A DNA stretch of 64,000 nucleotides from a virus, in the IMG/VR virus record IMGVR_UViG_3300025117_000032. The stretch is one strand, 5' to 3'. How positions within the stretch are numbered: the stretch's first letter is position 1; each line of letters opens with the position of its first letter. Shown one piece after another: positions 59,936-64,000 of this stretch. Position numbers and translations under genes: made by a program. The notes under the pieces were generated by a model. It made no database searches. It was not told where the DNA came from and saw only the letters and a list, made by a program, of their open reading frames with translations.

Positions 59936-60639
59936 TGGGTGTTACAACGCTTTCTGTCATAAAAAACCAACTCATTAAGTTCATTTTCAAATTCACTTAG
60001 ATCACGATCATTTTTTGACTTATTTGTTAATGAATCACACCAGCAAACATTTTTCAGGTTTTTTGCTAATTCTGGATACCTTGATATTGGTTTTATGTGA
60101 TCAATGGAAGCATTGACTCCCAAGATAAGATCAAGCCCTGTGTAGGCACACTTATGATTTTGTTCTTCAAACAGGGTTTTTAGATGTTCCCAATGCTTTC
60201 TTGAGCCAAGGTTGTTATTGGAACAACTTTTGAACCAACATTTTTCACACAATGTGTTACTATTTATCATAAGCTGTGACCCACATTGGGTACACAGGCC
60301 AGATTTTTTATATTTTTCGTATTTGTTTCTTGTATATTGTTTCATTTTATCTTGGTTGTTTTCCATCCAAGCTTTTTGGCATTGTTTCATGTGATCTTTG
60401 TTGTCTTCTCTCCAAGCTTTGTTGTACTGCTTAATCTTATCTTTGTTAATCTCATAATACTGTTTTATTTTATCTTTGTTGTTTTCACTGTAAATGTTAC
60501 CTTGGTTGTTACAACAATTTTTGCACCAACTATTCAACCCATCTTTATTTGCTTTCTTAGTACAAAATTGCTCAATAGGTTTCTCAATCTTACACCTTGA
60601 ACATACTTTCGTTCCTGTTTCAAAATTAGCTCTTGGCAT
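59932..60639 (-). CDS. Free-standing HNH homing endonuclease (paralog of 37054..37875)
   Basis: CSRC...CKNC; repeats; CEKCWFKSCS; SIDHIKP...NVCWC...NKSK. Confidence 0.8.
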   Translation of the reverse strand: MPRANFETGTKVCSRCKIEKPIEQFCTKKANKDGLNSWCKNCCNNQGNIYSENNKDKIKQYYEINKDKIKQYNKAWREDNKDHMKQCQKAWMENNQDKMKQYTRNKYEKYKKSGLCTQCGSQLMINSNTLCEKCWFKSCSNNNLGSRKHWEHLKTLFEEQNHKCAYTGLDLILGVNASIDHIKPISRYPELAKNLKNVCWCDSLTNKSKNDRDLSEFENELNELVFYDRKRCNTQ

Positions 60640-61021
60640 TTATCGCTCCCAAATTATATTTTTTTAGTAGGTTCTCGACATCTTCGTCTGTGTGCCCAAA
60701 TTCAGATTCAGTTACAACTGGACCACCCTCTTTGGCGAACCATTCTAGTATTCCAATGCCCCTTGTGATATCCACCCTATCACTAGTTTCCTCTATTGGG
60801 GGCACCTTAACCTGTTGTCTGATTTCTTCAATGTCACCATATGGGTTTAAGGTCTTCTTTTTTGTAGAACCAAACTTTGGTGTAGAAGAAATGTTCTCTT
60901 TTAAGGACGGTTTTGCTATTGTGGTTGGCAGCTTTTGTGCTTCATTTATTGTCAATAGCACGGATGGTAGTGCTTCAATTAGGGCTTCCTTTATTATGGC
61001 CTTCAGTTCCGATCTTTTCAT
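60626..61021 (-). CDS. Hypothetical protein with MKRSELKAIIKE leader
   Basis: Shared N-terminal motif. Confidence 0.5.
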   Translation of the reverse strand: MKRSELKAIIKEALIEALPSVLLTINEAQKLPTTIAKPSLKENISSTPKFGSTKKKTLNPYGDIEEIRQQVKVPPIEETSDRVDITRGIGILEWFAKEGGPVVTESEFGHTDEDVENLLKKYNLGAINAKS

Positions 61022-61275
61022 TGCTTACCCCCTATACCAGCTAACTCCAACAACCTGTTTTTCTCTTTAACATCTGCTGTTGGTTCCTTGGGTTCACTAG
61101 ACAACCCCAACGATTCCATTATCAGTCTAACCTTATCTTCAACAAACCCACCCTCATTGATTTCACCATAAACTAGGTCATGCTGTTTCATCAAAAAAAT
61201 AAGCTTCTTGTCACCCTCTTCTAGCATCTCCAATATTACTTCTTTGATTACCTTATCAACATCTAATTTTTTCAT
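61018..61275 (-). CDS. Hypothetical protein
   Basis: Start set at MKKLDVDKVIKE; C-terminal RLLELAGI. Confidence 0.5.
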   Translation of the reverse strand: MKKLDVDKVIKEVILEMLEEGDKKLIFLMKQHDLVYGEINEGGFVEDKVRLIMESLGLSSEPKEPTADVKEKNRLLELAGIGGKQ

Positions 61276-61276
61276 G

Positions 61277-61564
61277 TTACATCTTGCCCCCAAGTCTGTT
61301 ATACAGAAATGTGGTTTCCTCGACAAACTTAGCTTTATTGTTTGGGTGAACTCTCTCTGAGGTTTTGTTTGCTGACAAGTACAAGGTTAAGAACCCATCA
61401 AAATCAACACCCTCTTTCACCATTGATTTGTTAACCACCAAGTATGAAAAATTCCCAACTGAAATTTTGGTTACAAAGCTACTCATTTTTCTTCCGCACC
61501 AAGTTCCATTTTCCAAAACCAAGATGGGATAACTATAGAGCTTGTGGTAAAATGGTTTGTTCAT
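61277..61564 (-). CDS. Hypothetical protein
   Basis: Coupled ORF. Confidence 0.45.
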   Translation of the reverse strand: MNKPFYHKLYSYPILVLENGTWCGRKMSSFVTKISVGNFSYLVVNKSMVKEGVDFDGFLTLYLSANKTSERVHPNNKAKFVEETTFLYNRLGGKM

Positions 61565-62145
61565 TAAGCATCACCCCTGTATTCTTTGATTAGATCCATC
61601 ACAATGTTTCCTGGGCAGGCTGGCTTACCAAAATCACAATGCCCATACACACTAGTCCTGGGTAAGGTAAGCTCCTTGGTGAGATGATTCAAGAGCCCCC
61701 TCAAGCTTCCTAGTTGTGCCTTTGTTGGTTCTGATTTTCCAACATGACCTGGACCAGTAAAATCTCCACACAACATAATTCCAATAGACGTGGTATTCTG
61801 ACCAGCACAATGCCAAACAACATCTGTGTGATCGTTAACCTTATACACTGTTCCATCTTTTTCTATGGTGTAGTGATAAGCTATTTTTGGTGCCCCACCT
61901 TTTTTCAAATGGGAGTCCTCACTAATATGGTAGTTGTTAGTTGCAACAGTTGTACCCTCTGCTAATTGCTGGTGGTTAATTATCTTCTTGATTCTACTTA
62001 GATCCCTTTGCCCCCAGATATGAGTTTGCCCGCTGTACTTTGGGTTAACAGTTAGTTCTATTTCATTGATTTTGAAGTCACCAGATATTGCCATAAGCTT
62101 CTCCTTGATTGCCACGAATAGTTTTATGAACGCAAACAATGTCAT
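61564..62145 (-). CDS. N-acetylmuramoyl-L-alanine amidase (endolysin candidate)
   Basis: IAYHYTI..DG, WHCAGQN..SIGI...GDF, YGHCD...KPACPG. Confidence 0.85.
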   Translation of the reverse strand: MTLFAFIKLFVAIKEKLMAISGDFKINEIELTVNPKYSGQTHIWGQRDLSRIKKIINHQQLAEGTTVATNNYHISEDSHLKKGGAPKIAYHYTIEKDGTVYKVNDHTDVVWHCAGQNTTSIGIMLCGDFTGPGHVGKSEPTKAQLGSLRGLLNHLTKELTLPRTSVYGHCDFGKPACPGNIVMDLIKEYRGDA

Positions 62146-62148
62146 ACC

Positions 62149-62718
62149 CTAACCAACTTTGCGTATTGGAAAAATTGGTGGCAAAGCCACAACGATAACA
62201 TCTGCATCTTCCAAACATCTAACTGTGTGTTTTATGTTATGGGGAATATACAAACAATCCCCACGCTTTAAAATGTTGGTGTAGGAGTTACTTACAGATA
62301 TCTCCATTTTTCCGTGTAGCACATAAAAAAATTCAGAAGAGCTATGGTGACAATGCTCCCCTAGATAATACCCAGAGTTAATTTTTGAATGAAAAAAATC
62401 ATAACCCTTGTCTGTCTTGTTACCAATAGACACAATCTTTGCTCCATCACCTATTTTTTTTTTAAGTGTGGGGGTATCCATACAATGAAAATCAATGTTT
62501 TCTATACCAAATTCATCTATTAGAGATGTTATATCATTGTCCCATTTTTCATACAAATCTTCGAATCTTTTGTCAGTTGCAAATCTAAACTTTGCTAATT
62601 TATGCAGGGCAACTTTGTAGAAGATAAAAAACATAGTGATACCGATTATACTAACCACAAAACTAGTCATCACAGTCACCCCCACTCTTATCCTTGAATT
62701 TTTCTTGAGCCATAGCAA
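62149..62718 (-). CDS. Cupin-domain protein with N-terminal TM helix
   Basis: HCHHSSSEFFYVLHG...GDCLYIPHNIKH. Confidence 0.75.
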   Translation of the reverse strand: MLWLKKNSRIRVGVTVMTSFVVSIIGITMFFIFYKVALHKLAKFRFATDKRFEDLYEKWDNDITSLIDEFGIENIDFHCMDTPTLKKKIGDGAKIVSIGNKTDKGYDFFHSKINSGYYLGEHCHHSSSEFFYVLHGKMEISVSNSYTNILKRGDCLYIPHNIKHTVRCLEDADVIVVALPPIFPIRKVG

Positions 62719-62887
62719 TAACTACACCAAAGGATTTATTACACAAAGATATCAGTGAATCCAATCTATCGCTAATTCTATTCATCTCATTTTTCATATA
62801 TGCAAAGATAAAATAAAATGCTACCCCAGCAGCACCATATTTTTCTACAAGTTGACTAGCAACATCAGCAACATTCAAGTCCACCAT
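62663..62887 (-). CDS. Putative holin-like small membrane protein
   Basis: QLVEKYGAAGVAFYFIFAY TM segment plus coiled coil; upstream of the amidase. Confidence 0.45.
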   Translation of the reverse strand: MVDLNVADVASQLVEKYGAAGVAFYFIFAYMKNEMNRISDRLDSLISLCNKSFGVVIAMAQEKFKDKSGGDCDD

Positions 62888-62895
62888 ATTCCACC

Positions 62896-63072
62896 CTATT
62901 CTTTTTTGTCGTCAATAACATCTTTGAGTTTTCTACGAATAGTTGAACCAAATGGGGCATCGTATCCTGCAACATTAGCTGTTGTATTAGCTGGAGATTC
63001 TTCGTCTATCAAGTTATCATACATATCTGATACAACACTTCTTATCAAATCCTTTAACTCTTCTTTTGTCAC
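62896..63072 (-). CDS. 58-aa protein (possible prohead core/internal protein)
   Basis: GTG start: MTKEELKDLIRSVV...EESPANTTANVAGYDAPF; not in the ORF track. Confidence 0.5.
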   Translation of the reverse strand: MTKEELKDLIRSVVSDMYDNLIDEESPANTTANVAGYDAPFGSTIRRKLKDVIDDKKE

Positions 63073-63104
63073 CTAAGTAAATCCCCCATTGATACATCAC
63101 ACAG

Positions 63105-63111
63105 ATAAATA
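63105..63111 (-). promoter_or_regulatory. TATTTAT motif, putative late promoter element
   Basis: Upstream of the 63072 start, heading the lysis/head run. Confidence 0.45.
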
Positions 63112-63342
63112 TCAAACAACCCCACCAATGTCTTGTACTATTTCAGCATCGTGTATCTTGCTGCATATTAAATACTCCTTACCACCCCCAAAATTGGAGT
63201 TTGACGCCAATAAAATAAGGCTCCCATGGGAGCCTTCGCATCTCCCTAAAGCAACCTTAGCCCCATCCTTGTCTTCATTTTTCAATCTAACTAGTATCTC
63301 ATATTTATCCTCTCCGACTTCTACTGTTTCCAACATCGGCAC
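63112..63342 (-). CDS. Hypothetical protein
   Basis: 76-aa ORF. Confidence 0.45.
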   Translation of the reverse strand: MPMLETVEVGEDKYEILVRLKNEDKDGAKVALGRCEGSHGSLILLASNSNFGGGKEYLICSKIHDAEIVQDIGGVV

Positions 63343-63860
63343 CTTACCCCCATTTTTTTGAGAAAGTCTATTGGATCTTGAGAATAGACCTCTCCATACA
63401 CCACTCTAGTTATGCCTGCATTGATTATCATTTTGGCACAAAGCATACAGGGTGAAGTTGTCACATACATAGTTTTATCACCAGGATGATTTTTATCCAG
63501 TTTTATCATGGCATTCATTTCAGCATGAATACAGGTACACCTTGAAGTACCAATCATCGGTAAACTCACCCCATTGATTGTGCTTTCTCCACAATATTCG
63601 CAGGAATCATTATCATCACCTGCGGCACCGCCATTATAACCAATAGCCAAGACCCCCTCATTGTTGGTTGGAACAATAACACACCCAATTTTCCTACCTG
63701 GGATCTTGCAGGTTGACCGGAGGGCAATTTTTTGAGCAAGCCCCATCCATATATCGGCCCAAGGGGGGCGACCGCTAGAAGTCACCACAATGGCTCCCAA
63801 CATATACCCCATCAAATGTAAATTTACCGTATTGATCCTCAAATATGGGGGAGAATCCAT
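63321..63860 (-). CDS. dCMP deaminase (true start probably near 63785)
   Basis: RPPW...MGLAQKIALRSTC, GYNG, CIHAEMNA, TTSPCMLCAK. Confidence 0.9.
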   Translation of the reverse strand: MDSPPYLRINTVNLHLMGYMLGAIVVTSSGRPPWADIWMGLAQKIALRSTCKIPGRKIGCVIVPTNNEGVLAIGYNGGAAGDDNDSCEYCGESTINGVSLPMIGTSRCTCIHAEMNAMIKLDKNHPGDKTMYVTTSPCMLCAKMIINAGITRVVYGEVYSQDPIDFLKKMGVRCRCWKQ

Positions 63861-63975
63861 GTTTTAGACCAATGGAAACCATTTTACCATCTTTTTGTAT
63901 GGCTTCCACATTATCTTGTATTGTTGGAACCCAAACCGATACAGATTTGCCATTAATAACATGGCGTTTCTCCAT
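63775..63975 (-). CDS. Hypothetical protein
   Basis: 66-aa ORF in the gene run. Confidence 0.4.
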   Translation of the reverse strand: MEKRHVINGKSVSVWVPTIQDNVEAIQKDGKMVSIGLKHGFSPIFEDQYGKFTFDGVYVGSHCGDF

Positions 63976-64000
63976 CAGCCTACTTGGATATTCATCCTCA

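Noticed and set aside
188-63361. Plus-strand ORFs in the track
   Set aside because: Nearly all are antisense shadows of well-supported minus-strand genes and have no recognisable motifs.
1-64000. Stop-codon reassignment (code 15 or code 4) as the explanation for internal stops
   Set aside because: Long genes are open in the standard code, and TAG and TGA both end genes with tight start-stop coupling. The two gaps use different stops, and one needs a frame change.
1-64000. tRNA, rRNA or CRISPR loci
   Set aside because: None recognised by eye in the short intergenic gaps; tRNAscan-SE/Infernal would be needed to exclude them formally.

Overview
A 64-kb segment of a large (jumbo-type) tailed phage genome, most likely with a contractile tail. 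It is densely coding, uses the standard genetic code, and essentially all real genes lie on the minus strand. It carries baseplate/tail genes (gp6-, gp25- and gp5-like; PKD and LamG proteins), a fused SbcD-SbcC nuclease, primase, a RuvC-like resolvase and a gp55-like late sigma factor. It also has nucleotide enzymes (ThyX, IMPDH/GMP reductase, dCMP deaminase, HAD nucleotidase), a large sugar-modification and glycosyltransferase cluster (gmd, C-methyltransferase, GT2/GT4/GT9-like), two lipoprotein glycoside hydrolases, a lysis module, and 7 intact plus 3 decayed free-standing homing endonucleases. The main finding is that two otherwise intact genes, each directly downstream of a homing endonuclease or its remnant, are interrupted near their 5' ends by tiny 8- and 9-nt coding gaps. 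Both gaps have the layout take-off codon / stop codon / matching landing codon: TAT-TAG-CT-TAC at 57064-57074 and CTT-TGA-AGG-CTT at 40134-40145. Each gap closes a hairpin that pairs it back to the gene's own SD/start region. This looks like a miniature, repeated version of the T4 gene 60/mobA translational-bypass cassette, or alternatively a micro-intron. Two further endonuclease-adjacent genes carry +1 homopolymer frameshifts at a similar position. All functional calls come from motif recognition by eye; no database searches were run.
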